Source: Octopus sinensis
Taxonomy: Eukaryota
DNA: 64,000 nt
Assembly: GCF_006345805.1 (NCBI RefSeq)
Contig: NC_042999.1
Location: forward strand, 153,698,001-153,762,000
Direction: 5' to 3'
Below, piece by piece: positions 24,459 to 37,498 of this stretch (positions are counted from its first letter, which is position 1; every line of letters begins with the position of its first letter). The notes below the pieces were generated by a model, which did no database searches, was not told where the DNA came from, and worked only from the letters and a program-made list of their open reading frames with translations. The translations under genes and the position numbers were made by a program.

Positions 24459-25160
24459 CAATTTTCCGAGCGCCTCCCCCCCCCCCGTTTGTCAGCGCGC
24501 TTTTTTTTCGTCATATTCCTTCAATATACGATGCCTTACACCTCTTACACATATTTTTTTCCATTTTTGCCACCTGGGCGTGGATCCTCTACGGTTGATC
24601 CTGGGAATTTTCCGAGCGCCCCCCCCCCCCCCCGTTTGTCAGCGCGTTTTTTTTCGTCATATTCCTTCAATATACGATGCCTTACACCTCTTACACATAT
24701 TTTTTTCCATTTTTGCCACCTGGGCGTGGATCCTCTACGGTTGATCCTGGGAATTTTCCGAGCGCCCTCCCCCCCACCCCCGTTTGTCAGCGCGCTTTTT
24801 TTTCGTCATATTCCTTCAATATACGATGCCTTACACCTACACCATTTTACATATTTTTCATTTTTGCCACCTGGGCGTGGATCCTCTACGGTTGATCCTG
24901 GGAATTTTCCGACCCCCCCCCTCACCCCCGTTCGTCAGCGCCCTTTTTTTACGTCTTATTCCGTCAATATACGATGCCTTACAACTGTTACACATTTTAG
25001 ATTCCAGGTTGATCCTGGGAATTTTCCCCCCCCCTTCCGACCCCCCCCTCCCCACCCCCGTTCGTCAGCGCCCCTTTTTTCCGTCTTATTACGTCAATAT
25101 ACGATGCCTTACAACTGTTACACATTTGCGTTTCCATTTTTTCCACCGGTGCGGATCTAG
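24459..25160. repeat. Minisatellite, about five units of ~120-150 bp
   Basis: Recurring gaattttccga.cgccccccc...gtcagcgc...tcaatatacgatgccttaca...ggttgatcctgg. Confidence 0.9.
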
Positions 25161-25179
25161 ATATTAACCCATACCTCAG

Positions 25180-26548
25180 CACATACTGAATGAGGAGAAA
25201 AAAAAGACAATTGTATATAAAATCACAAATAAAAAAACAAAAAGTCCAGAAAAGGCAAGCACAGACAAAGTCGAAAAGTGCTTAAGCCCCATCTGGGGAT
25301 ACAAGGATTGTGTGACTTGGGCGAACAAGTTCGCACACGTACAGGTGGTTTTTCAGAATGAAGAGTTGGCGAAGAAATTCTCAACGATAACCCTTCATTC
25401 TGATGAACTAACGTTGACACCGAGTTACCTCGGCCAGAAGGTGACGAAAGTCATTATCAGTGGTGTCCCCCAAGTGACTACAACACTGGATTACATCCGC
25501 CTTAACATCCGAAATGGAGGACATAAACATCCTAGATATCGGTGTTTCGGAAAACAAGGACTGGCTGGGAAAGAGATTAGAGTTCCTCTTCCACATAAGT
25601 CAAGAGGACATAAATAAAAATCCCCCCACGTACATCTTGAGGATGGCCGCAAGTTATACGTAGTAGTCGAGGGCAGAAGGCCACGATGCTATACATGTGG
25701 CAGTGAGGCACACCTCAAAAAGGAGTGCAAATCTGCCGCAAAATTACAACAACAACAACAGCCACAGGAAAATCACAAAAGCCAGGATTATTGCCCACAC
25801 CACAATATGGACAGCTAGTCAAGAAGCTGTATGCGGAAATGCAGGAAAAACAACAAAGAACAAGCCAACCCAACCAAACAACACCAACACCAGCGCCAAG
25901 AACAGAATCATCACCACCAACAACAAATAAACCAATCCAACACCAAGAATAACAACGAAGAAGACAAGCACCAAGGATGTAGGAGAGAGACAATAACCAC
26001 AACAAACCCCCCAGCAACACCCTCCCCGCGCACCACAACAATATCTACAACCGCACAAACACACCCAGACGCTTTACCCTTGCCCCCTGCTGATTCGTCA
26101 GACTTTTCATCTAACGATGAAAGTTCGACAGAATGGCAAATAGCCACAGGGGGTAAAAGAAAAAGATCAAGAAAACCAAACAAGAAATCGCAACCAAAGC
26201 AGGGAGATACCTGAACCCTGAAAACTCCATACACAACAAAACAAGCACCAACACACAAAAAAAACAATGCTATCAGCGATAGACACAAAAGACTCCAACT
26301 AATGGAGTACATCACAGGATACACAAACATTGTGAAGATGACTTTAAAAATAGCAATCATCCACGCACTACACCACCCAAACACATCAAAATACTACACA
26401 TCACACAAACAACAACCCACAAACTCAAAGCCCTCTTCCAAATGCTGTAGGGGGTTTCCAGAAATATCTGTCCCAAAAACTATATAAAAACCTCCTCGAA
26501 GACACATCAAAGAACGAGGAAGCCAAAACTTTCGACACAAGTAAGTAA
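25180..26548 (+). pseudogene. Copy 2 ORF1 (RRM-like region, one CCHC knuckle, T/Q/N-rich linker, C-terminal domain); frameshifted
   Basis: VQVVFQNEELAKK...KVIISGVP, YVVVEGRRPRCYTCGSEAHLKKEC, EWQIATGGKRKRS. Confidence 0.8.
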
Positions 26549-26597
26549 CTCTGTACTTTCATTTGTGTGTTTTAAAGCACACACACCCCATAGAATC

Positions 26598-29500
26598 ATG
26601 GTCAAGATTGGTTGTGTGAATACGCGTGGCTTGGGGTCTCCTTGGAAACAAGGATACTCCTAAATGACATCAAGTCACATGATTTGGGAATCATAGCCAT
26701 AAGTGAGACCAGACTCCACGAGCCACGGGCCCTAAAGTCCATGTTTGGCGGACAGTTTAACATTTATTTCGCTCCCTGTCTGCCGAGGATGGGCGGTAGT
26801 GGCACCGCGCGGTACTTTTTCACAAGAGCCTGGATCTCGAAGTCAAGACGATATTCGTAGACCGGGGGGTAGACTGATCGTTCTGGATGTTGACGGCAGC
26901 AATGGGTGCGCTTTTCGACTCGTATCAGTCTACGCACCGCCCTTAACAGGTCGGGCGGATTTCTTTCGACGTCTAGAAGTATTCTTGGGAACGTCTCGTC
27001 CTTTACTCTTAGTGGGGGATTGGAATGCTACCTTGGACACGCATGTAGACTACGTGGGTAGAGACAGAAACAGAAGGGGATGCAAATGCCTCAGAGACCT
27101 GCTCAGACGATTCCAACTGTCTGACAGGTACAGACTCGACCACCCAAATGCACCAACGTGGACATGGAGCAACCGCAGTGGGTCGTCGAGATCGTATCTA
27201 GATAGGATACTGTGTAGGACAGTAGACAAGGATAACTTAGGATGTCCACAATTCCACACAGTCAGTTACACGGATCACAAATTGGTGACGTGTACGCTAG
27301 ACTTAGATAAGGCACATAGACAGGGTCCTGGGTACTGGAAACTGAACGCATCATTCCCGTCCAGACAAGTTTTCAGAGACCGGATTAGCACACTAGTAAA
27401 GAGGGCTTTGACGGGAGCCATCATCAACAACAATGGTGGTTTGCCCTCAAGAGAGCAGTAAAAAGCAGAAGCGATTAGGTACAGCAAAGCACTAGCCATA
27501 GATAGAAATAGAGTAGAGGGTGAGCTAGTTAAGAAGCTAGAAGAGGCAATTAGAAGCGGCATCGCATCCGACGTTTTGGCGGCGAGGTGGCCCTCGACCA
27601 ACACTTCAACGCCAAACACGAAGGATGTGCTGTCAGAGCTAGGATGCGTGCTCTAAGGAACGAAGGTGTTGGAGCCGCGAGAGAGGCCCGGGTGGCAGAG
27701 GCGCAACAGGGCAACAAAGCCACCATTCGGTCACTGGTAGATGAACAGGGGCGCGAATTGCTCGAGCCAAGTAAAATGTGTGAGGCCTTTCAGCAGCATT
27801 TTGCCCGACTGTTCGGGACGAGTGGAGGGCAAGAACGTAGGGTAGACTTCAGTGCCTACCTACATAGCCTGCCACGACTCTCGACAAGAAAGGCAGGGTG
27901 CTGCGAAGGTGCCATCACGGCGGCGGAAGTGCGGAAGCGATGGCAGAATGCTCGAGGGACAAATCACCGGGTTTGGATGGTCTACCCTACGAATTTTACT
28001 ATTGCATGCCAGACTTGTTTGGAGACGTCTTGGCAGCGGTATACTGCAACTGGCAGCAAAACGGGAGCATACCCGGTTTGTGAGTCGAGGAGCTGTAACT
28101 CTGCTGAAGAAAGATCCAAACAAGGGAAACATTATAGATAACTTTAGGCCAATCACTCTGCTCAATGCAGACCTGAAAATTTTGACAAAGGTGTTAGCCA
28201 AGAGGTTGGCGCTTGTCATGAGAGAAACTGGTCGACAACGCACAAACGTGCGCCGTGCCGGGCCGGAGCATCCATGACAACCTCCATCTGATGCGCTACA
28301 TCATAGACAGGGTAGTTAACGAACCTGGCATGGGTGGGGCCCTGATCAACTTGGATCAATCGAAAGCCTTTGATAGGGTAGACCATCGATACTTGGAGGC
28401 AGTCCTGAGAGCGGCTGGTTTCGGTCCCGTCTTCCGCGGCTGGATAGCTGCCTTGTACAGAGGCATCCGTTCGGTAATTCGCGTAAATGGACATCTATCG
28501 AGACCCTTCGACATTGCACGTTCGGTCCGTCAGGGATGCCCCCTCTCGGCGCTTCTATACGTATTGACTCTTGAGCCACTACTGCGGAAGCTGGCGACTC
28601 TGATGGGCATCCCGCGAGAATTAGGATGCGAGACGAGCGTGTCTGCATACGCGGACGACGTCACCGTCATAGTGTCAAGCCACGAGCACATCGAGCGGGT
28701 CGGCGAGACACTGAAAGACTACGAAGCGGTGACAGGAGCAAAAATCAACCGGGAAAAGTCAGTGGGCTTGCGACTCGGCACCTGGAGAAGCAAACCCATG
28801 CCGTCCACCAGTACCTCCGTCGTGGGACGCTGGACAGACGGCCCGGTTGAGTTGCTCGGGGTCTGGTTCGGTCCGGACCTCCAAATGGAGAAGAACTGGA
28901 ACGAGATAACGAGTAGGGTAGTCACTCTCGCCCAGCAATGGGCCGAGAGGAAACTGTCCCTAAAAGGTCGGGCGGAGGTGGTGAACGCGTACATCGCGTC
29001 CATCATCTACTACCGCCTGACCGTCGTACCTTGTCCCGACCCTACCATCACCAAACTAGAACGCATCCTCTTCCGCTTCTTGTGGAAAGGATGCGTCCCG
29101 ATGGTCAGGCGATCCATTTGCTGTCAACACCCGTTAAAAGGAGGGCTGGGCATGCCGTGGTTGATGATGCGCAGACACGCGCTGAGACTGCGACATCTCC
29201 GGCTCTATGTAGACGACGGTGAACAGGTGTGGTCGCCGTTTGTGAGGCACGCATTCCCGCAACTCGTCTCCATGACCGAACTACAGTCGTGGATCAAAAA
29301 GAGGCCGAAGAAGGGCGAATGGCACCGCGAGTGTCGCGTTGCTCTCAAGCAACTCTGCCGTCCCGGGTCGACCTTGAGTGACTTCAACACAACCAAAGCA
29401 TTCTATAGGGGATTAGTGGAGGGGAGGTACGACGACGAGCTCGGGGCAAACCTGGGCGTCGACGAGGAATACCTGACCCGCCTGTTTCAAACAACTTTCG

Positions 29501-30032
29501 GCCCGGGACCTATGGACAACTTCCAGAGATCCCTGGCCTGGCGGTGCTACCGAGAAGCGCTACCCGTTCGGGATAAGCTCTATAGGCATGGCTCGAGAAA
29601 CACGGGGCCGACCTGCCCGAGATGCGGGCAGAGCGACGAAACCGCTCTGCACGCAATCGTGCAGTGTCCAGCAATTTCCCACCTGTGGGCTTATGTCGAA
29701 CGACTGCTGTCACGTGTGGGACGTGTCGGTTTATCCGCCGAGTCTATCGTTAATATCGTCACGCCTCCTTCCTTCAAACGGGAAGGAAGAGCTATTTTAT
29801 CATACTTGTGGCTATGGCGAAAGAATGTATCTGGTGGACGCGTCTGAAAGGATTAGAGACAAACACTTTCCTCTCTGGTCAATCTCTCATCAACTTCTTC
29901 AAGTATCACTGAAGAAGAAAAAAGTGAGAGTAGAGAGGCAAGTTTTGTCTAGTGAATGTTTTAAAAAGATGGGTGAATGTAGCAAGGATGGCACGTATGA
30001 ATGACGAAGCCACCTTGACTATGATTCTATGA
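26598..30032 (+). pseudogene. Copy 2 ORF2 (AP endonuclease, reverse transcriptase, Zn motif); frameshifted
   Basis: IAISETRL, LLVGDWNA, SRSYLDRI, YTDHKLV (APE); LDQSKAFDRVDH, SVRQGCPLS, YADD (RT; open ORF 28255-29847); CPRCGQSDETALHAIVQC. Confidence 0.93.
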
Positions 30033-30431
30033 ACCGTAAAAATTAATACAGAGAGTTGCTTATTTGCAAAAAAAAAAAAGAAATATAACATGTGACTTCA
30101 TTGACCGAGGTTACCGTGGTCTTTTCCGTAGGCTTTTCTTTCCACGGGTAAACCTCACCTGTCCTCCCCTTTACACTTCATATTGACATTTCTGTGATAA
30201 CGATCCCTATTGATCAATTTTTTTCCTCTCCCCCTTTTTTTTTTTACCCCCCCTTTTTTTTGTCCTCTTTCTCTCCTTTTACGATCCCTTTTGATCGACC
30301 CCCCTTTTTTATTTTATTTTATTTTTTATTTTATATTATTATTATTTTTTTTTTTTAAACCTTCAAAAGAAAAGCTCTACCTTGTAATTTGTTCTATCTG
30401 TGTGCAGCCCTGTGTGGCTAATAAAGAAACA

Positions 30432-30490
<59 letters not shown>

Positions 30491-30690
30491 TGACGGATGT
30501 GATGTCGTTTCAGCTCCGAAGGTAATCATTTATTTTGACTATTTATAGGCCAATTTTTGTGTAGATTTTTGCAAATAAGGTGTGTAAGGCAACCAACTTT
30601 CATTTGAGTGCTTTTCCAAGGGAGGAATTCGCCCCTAGGGGCAGTTTCGACCCCATTTCATTTCTATTATTTTCTTCTCGACATTAGAAA

Positions 30691-32578
30691 ATGTCTAGAA
30701 ATTTTATTGTTGAACGCTGGTCGCGTTCTTTTATGGAACAAAATTTTCCTAGTCTGGAAACGACAGAGAAAAAAAAGAACGTTCGCACGGAAAATGCCAA
30801 CGTAAAATTCGGTGAGATGAACGCTGCAACCACGTGCGTTAACAGCCCTGTCACCACCGCCACCACCACCACTAACAACAGCAACCACGAGACAACAACT
30901 GCTACCACCACCACCTCCACCACCACCACCACAACCACGACCACATAAATGATAAAAATAAAACTGAAACGAAAACTATTGACAAAAACAACAGCAACAA
31001 CAAGAACAACAATAAAAATGAACTATCTAATAGTGAAGATGTTAATACAAAAAAGTCAACAACAGTAAATTTCGCAGACATTCTTCGCCAGAAAAAGGAG
31101 ATTGTTACATTCACAAATGAAGAGCTCATAGAAACAAGAGCTCTCTTTACAACCCGTGGACAAGATTTAGTCCTGCATACACCTCAACATATAAAACAAG
31201 AAATAGAAAATAAGACAATTGTATATAAAATTATTAGAAAAAACAAAAAACCAAATGAACAGATTACAAAAACTGATGTGGAGAAATGTTTAAAAAACAT
31301 AATGAAAGAAAAAGAGTATATAAACTGGGGTCCCCAGTTTAACACAGTAGTGGTCCGCTTCCCTAACCAGGAAGTGGCAAAAGCTCACTCTACTGAGTCT
31401 CTGGGAAATGATGAAATCATCATGGTCCCTTATTATAAAAACCAGAGGGTGAGTAGAATTACTATCAGAAATGTACCCCCGATATGCCGAACAAATGGAT
31501 AACAGGGGCAATCTGTTACCACTTGAAAAAGATCAATATTCTAGAAACAGCCGTGTACCTAAACGACAATTGGGGTGGAAAAACAGTAGTTGTGACCATC
31601 CAGATTGAGGGGGCCTCTATCGAGAGCCTACCCGACAAGATATACTTGGAGAATGGGCAATGCCTATATGTTATGGCAGAAGGCAAAAAGCCTAGATGCT
31701 ACAAATGTGGCAGCCCCGAACATTTGATTGCCAAGTGCGATCTGGTACAGAAAAAACAAGAAAGAACAATTCAGAAAACAAATAAAATCCCTTGTTGCCA
31801 ACACCAACACCAACACACAAACAAGAACAACACAACACAACAACAACAACGCCAAGAAAAACAACAAACCAAAACAACCCCAAAACATCACCAAGAAAAC
31901 AGTACCAACAATCACCGTTGACGTCACAACCAATTAAACTTGTTGAATCTTCAAAAATCGACCCACACCCACACCCAGGACGACAATTAAAAAGACAGAA
32001 AACACTGACGAGAAGACAAATGCTACCCCTAACACCACAACAACACAAACACCGCACAAAACATCAACAATTTATACAAGCATACATAGTGATCCTGTTC
32101 TTTTTCCTCTACCCCATACTGATACCTCGGACGACGAAAGTTCGACGGAATGGCAAATAGCCACAGGGGGTAAAAGAAAAAGATCCAAAAAATCCACCAA
32201 ACAAGGAATTAAAGCAGGGAGATATCTCACTCAGACAACATTCCCCTAGACAATCAAAAAAGTAATGAACCCGTAAAACCACACACACAACTAACTGCAA
32301 TAGACACAGACAATAAAGAATTAATGGACTACATCAAATCTAACATGGTCGTCTGTGAAGATGATTTTAAGACAAACAATCATCCGCACACCACACCACC
32401 GAAACACATCAGAATTTTACACATAACACAAGCACAACACCACATACTGAAAACATTATTTCCGAATGCGGTAGGCGGGTATCAACGATACCTGTCGAAA
32501 AAACTATACAAACACCTCATCAAAAACGATAAAAAAGAAGAAGAAGAAAAAAATGAAACTTTTAAAATGAGTAAGTGA
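30691..32578 (+). pseudogene. Copy 3 ORF1; frameshifted
   Basis: MSRNF..., TVVVRFPNQEVAK...RITIRNVPP, LYVMAEGKKPRCYKCGSPEHLIAKC, EWQIATGGKRKRS, LFPNAVGGYQRYLSKKLYK. Confidence 0.8.
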
Positions 32579-32635
32579 CCTCACTTCTTGCCTCTTGTCT
32601 CTTCTAATATAGTGTGTAAAACACAATTTTCGTAA

Positions 32636-35600
32636 ATGTCAAGTATGCTTAAATTAGGTTGTGTGAATGCGCGTGGCTTGGCGTCGGCTTGGAAGCAAGG
32701 TTACCTTCTAAACGACATCAAGTCACTGGACGTGGATATAGTAGCTATCAGTGAAACCAGACTCAGTAAGCCGCGGGCCCTCGAGTCCATGTTTGGCAAT
32801 CAATTTGACATTTATTTTTCTCCCTGTCTGCCGAACATGGGTGGTGGAGGTACTGTGGTGCTTTTTCGAAAGAGTCTAAAGGTAAAAGTAAGAGCAATAT
32901 TCCTAGACCCGGAGGGTAGGCTGGTTGTCTTGGACGTGGATGGCAGAAATGGGTGTGCATTCCGTCTGATGGCAGTTTATGCACCGTCCTTAACGGGTCG
33001 GGCGGATTTCTTCAGACGTCTAGAGGTTTTCCTGGGTACGTCTAGACCTTTACTGTTAGTAGGGGATTGGAACGCTACCTTGGACACGCATCTAGATTAT
33101 GTGGGAAGGGATAGGAATAGAAGGGGGTGTAAGAGCCTCAAAGACCTGCTCAGACGTTTCCATTTGTCTGACAGGTTCCGACTCGACCATCCGAACGTGC
33201 CAACGTGGACTTGGACAAACCGCGTCGGATCGTCGAGATCTTATCTAGATAGAATTCTATGCAGGACAGCAGATAGGGATAGTGTAGGATGTCCACATTT
33301 AAAATAGTCAGCTACACAGATCACAAATTTGTTACGTGTACGCTCGACTTAGATAAAACACATAGGCAGGGTCCCGGTTACTGGAAAAACTGAACACGTC
33401 GCTGTTAGCGCGACAGGTTTACAGGAACCGGATTAGCGAGTTATTAAGAGGGCGCTGACGGGAGCGGTCGTTAACAACCGCTGGTGGTACGCCCTGAAAA
33501 TGGCAATAAAATCGGAATCAATTAGGTTTAGCAAGGAATTAGCGATAGAACGAAATAGAGTAGAGGGAGACTTAGTTAAGAAACTAGAAGAGGCACTTAC
33601 CACTGGCAGCGCAACCAACGTGCTAGCTGCGAGGATGGCCCTCGACCAACACCTCAACGCCAAGCACGAAGGTTGCGTCGTCAGAGCTAAAATGCGTGCC
33701 TTAAGGAACGAAGGGATTGAAGCTGCGCGAGAGGCCCGGGTAGCGGAGGCGCAGCGTGGCAACAGATCAACCATTCGGTCTCTAATAGATCAACAGGGAT
33801 GCAGTTTACTCGAACCCGAAAGGATGTGTGAGGCCTTTCAACAGCACTTTGCTCGACTGTTTGGTGCGAGTGGTGGGTCGGAACGAGGGATGGATTTCAG
33901 TGCCTACCTGACCGACCTGCCGCGGCTCTCGGCAAGAGAGGCGGAGTGTTGTGAAAGTCCCATCACAGCTGCTGACGTGTGGGATGCGATGGCGGGCTGC
34001 GCGAGGGATAAGTCGCCTGGATTGGATGGTTTACCCTACGAGCTGTATTGTCGAATGCCAGACTTGTTTGGCGACCTCTTGGCATCAGTCTACTGCAACT
34101 GGCAACAAAACGGGAGAATCTCCGGTTTCGTGAGCCGAGGTGCAGTGACGTTGCTGAAGAAAGACTCAAACAAGGGGAATTTTATAGATAATTTCAGGCC
34201 CATCACTCTGCTCAACGCAGATTTGAAAATTTTGGCCAAAGTAATAGCCGAGAGGTTGGCGCTTGTCATTGGTAAACTGGTCGACAGGGCGCAAACATGC
34301 GCCGTGCCGGGCAGAACCATACATGACAACCTCCATCTGATGCGCTACATTGTGGTCAGGGTAGTTAAGGATCCTGGCATGGGTGGGGCGCTGATAAATT
34401 TGGATCAGTCTAAAGCCTTCGATAGGGTCGACCATCGGTACTTGGCGGCCGTCCTCAGGGCGGCTGGCTTCGGTCCCGTCTTCCGCGGTTGGATCGCTGC
34501 CTTGTATAGCGGCATCCGATCGGTGATTAGGGTGAACGGTCACCTGTCGAACCGTTTGACATCACGCGTTCGGTCCGTCAGGGGTGTCCCCTGTCGGCGC
34601 TTCTGTATGTATTGACTCTCGAGCCGCTACTGCGGCAGCTGGCGACACTGAGGGGCATCCCACGGGAACTGGGTTGCGGGACGAGCGTGTCGGCATATGC
34701 GGACGATGTCACCGTCATAGTGTCGAGCTACCAGCACATCGAACTGGTCGGCGAGACACTAAGAAAATATGAAACGGTGACGGGAGCAAAGATTAACCCG
34801 GAAAAGTCAGTGGGTTTGCTACTCGGCACCTGGAGAAGCAAGCCCATGCCGTCCGACTGCGGCTCAGTAGTGGGACGCTGGACGGACGGACCGGTTAAAT
34901 TGCTCGGGGTCTGGTTCAGTCCGGACCTCCAAATGGATAAGAACTGGGACGAGATCACGAGTAGAGTGGTCGCGCTCAGCCAAACATGGGCAGAGAGAAA
35001 GCTGTCTCTAAAAGGCCGGGCGGAGGTGGCGAACGCGTACATCGCATCCGTCATCGATTACCGCCTGACCGTCGTACCTTGTCCCGACGCCACCATCACC
35101 AAACTGGAACGCATACTCTTCCGCTTCCTGTGGAAGGGTGGCGTTCCGATTGTGAGGAAGTCCATTTGCTGTCAACATCCGTTGAATGGAGGACTGGGCA
35201 TGCCGTGGTTGATGATGCGCAGGCATGCGCTGAGACTGCGACATCTCTGGAAATTCATCGACGACGGTGAACAGGTGGGGCGCGTTTGTGAGGCGCGACT
35301 TCCCGCAGCTCGTCTCACTGACCGAACTGCAAACGTGGATCAAAAAGAGACCGAAACTGGGCGATTGGCACCGAGAGTGTCGCCAAGCTCTACAGCAGCT
35401 CTGCCGACCGGGGTCAAACTTGTGCAACTTCCAAACGACTAAAGCGTTCTATAGAGGACTAGTGGAGGGGAGGTCCGACGACACACTCGGGGCAAACCTG
35501 GGCGTCGACGAGGAATTCCTAACCCGCCTGTTCAGGACGACGTTCGGGCCGGGGCCTATGGATAACTTCCAGAAATCCCTGGCTTGGCAGTGCTATCGAG

Positions 35601-36082
35601 ACGCACTACCTGTTCGAGAGAAGAGCTACAGACACGGTTCGAAAACCATCACCGGACCGACCTGCCCGAGATGCGGTCAGAGCGACGAAACCGTTCTGCA
35701 CGCACTCGTGCAGTGTCCAGATATTTCAGAGCTGTGGTCCTTCGTCGAACAGCTGTTGTCACGTGTAGGTCAGGCTCGCCTATCGGCCGAGTCTATCGTG
35801 AGTATTGTTCCACCACCTTCCTTTAAACGGGAAGGGAAAACGGTTTTCGTTACGCTGATGGCTATGGCGAAAGAATGTGTGTGGTGGACGCGTTTGAAAG
35901 GACTGCAAACAAACACCTTCCTCTCTGGTCAGTCTCTCGTCAACTTTTTCAAGTACCACTTGAAAAGGAGTAGGAGAATAGAGAGGAAGGCTTTGTCGAA
36001 CGAATGTTTTAATAAAAAGTGGGTAAAAGTGGCAAAAATGGTCAGTATGAAAGACGACACTATTTTAAGCATAAATCTGTAA
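32636..36082 (+). pseudogene. Copy 3 ORF2 (APE-RT-Zn); frameshifted
   Basis: ORF segments 32636-33307, 33500-34615, 34612-35442 and 35267-36082 tile the APE, linker, RT (YADD) and CPRC...HALVQC motifs. Confidence 0.93.
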
Positions 36083-36381
36083 CCAAAAGAGACAACGAGA
36101 AGTGAGGCGACTTACTCATGTGTTCTTTTTCGAACTGTCTGAGGTGACCTTGGTCTTTTTTGTAGGTTTTTCTTTCCAAGGCTACACCTAAACTGTGAAC
36201 CTTATATATATATACATATTGCTTTTTTATACACCACACAACCCACAGATCCCTATTGATCAAAAGTTTTTTTTTTTGTTTTTTTTTTGCCCCACCCATC
36301 CCACCTCGAAAAGAAAAAATTCTACATTGTATTTCGTCCATTTTTATTCTGTGTTTAGCCCTGTGTGGCTACAATAAAAAG

Positions 36382-36434
<53 letters not shown>

Positions 36435-36439
36435 AATCA

Positions 36440-36472
<33 letters not shown>

Positions 36473-36473
36473 A

Positions 36474-36506
<33 letters not shown>

Positions 36507-36511
36507 AATCA

Positions 36512-36542
<31 letters not shown>

Positions 36543-36543
36543 A

Positions 36544-36583
<40 letters not shown>

Positions 36584-36620
36584 GTCTGTCTATCTATCAA
36601 TCTGTCTATCTATCTATCTG

Positions 36621-36662
<42 letters not shown>

Positions 36663-37498
36663 AATCTGTCTGTCTATCTGTCTGTCTGTCTATCTAATTA
36701 ACTAACTATATATATATATATATAATGTACGTATGTATGCATGTGTGTATGCAGATCAAAGGTAATGAACATGGAGGTCATGTGCATGTGTGTGTACATG
36801 TGCGTATACGTGTATAGATATATATGAGTGTGCAGATCTGCGTGTGCATGCCCTGGTGCATGTGTGTGTGTATGTGCGTGCATGCGTGCGTGTGTGTGTG
36901 TGTATGCGCGTGCGTTTACGTGTATAATACATCACCATACAACCAACAACTTCACATTATCAATTGCCTACATCTTACTTTTTTTAAAAAAAACCGATCT
37001 GATACATCTACAAAACAGAGATCAAACGAAGTTCTTCGTTTGTTCTAAGCATCGTTTCTAAGACGACATCGTCCCACGCCAACATTATTATATCGATTAG
37101 CTGCAAAAGCCCTTTCATAACACACAAATGGTCCTATTTCTCGTACCATATTTATTTCCTTTCAATGGAGACAATTACTGGCTTAAACCGGATTTCTTTC
37201 GTTCTGTTTGTCTAATGCACTTGACTGATCCAAGTTGATCCATTTATTATGATATCTAACATTCACAACAAAGACACACTTTTCTTTGTAGGGCAGAGAA
37301 TATGGTCGATTTAAATTAACCTCATTAGCTTATTGGGCGTTTTATTTTATCAACGGAGGGGAACTCTAGCAGTAGGGAAATTCAGAAATTAAAAGGACGT
37401 AATTACTATATTCTGCATAGCATTTGATTCGCAGCTCTGCCGATTCTCTTCCGACTCTATTACCTTTTTTTTAATATATGAGGAAAGATTTCTAACAA

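Larger units (their letters stand above)
25170..30430 (+). mobile_element. Tx1-type LINE copy 2, near full length (ORF1 N-terminus missing)
   Basis: ORF1 remnant, APE-RT-Zn ORF2, 3' UTR, AATAAA (30420-30425), then (TCTA)n at 30434-30490. Confidence 0.95.
30491..36383 (+). mobile_element. Tx1-type LINE copy 3, apparently full length, with (TCTA)n on both sides
   Basis: ~200-nt 5' UTR begins right after (TCTA)n; ORF1, ORF2, 3' UTR, AATAAA (36373-36378), then (TCTA)n at ~36385-36695. Confidence 0.95.

Noticed and set aside
27860-28243. Antisense ORFs within the LINE ORF2s (also 20928-21548, 34728-35427)
   Set aside because: Expected shadows of GC-rich coding sequence.
30491-30690. HDV-like ribozyme in the 5' UTR of Tx1 copy 3
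   Set aside because: I could not assemble the P1-P4 nested pseudoknot by eye; only a GCCCCTAGGGGC palindrome is evident. An Infernal search would settle it.
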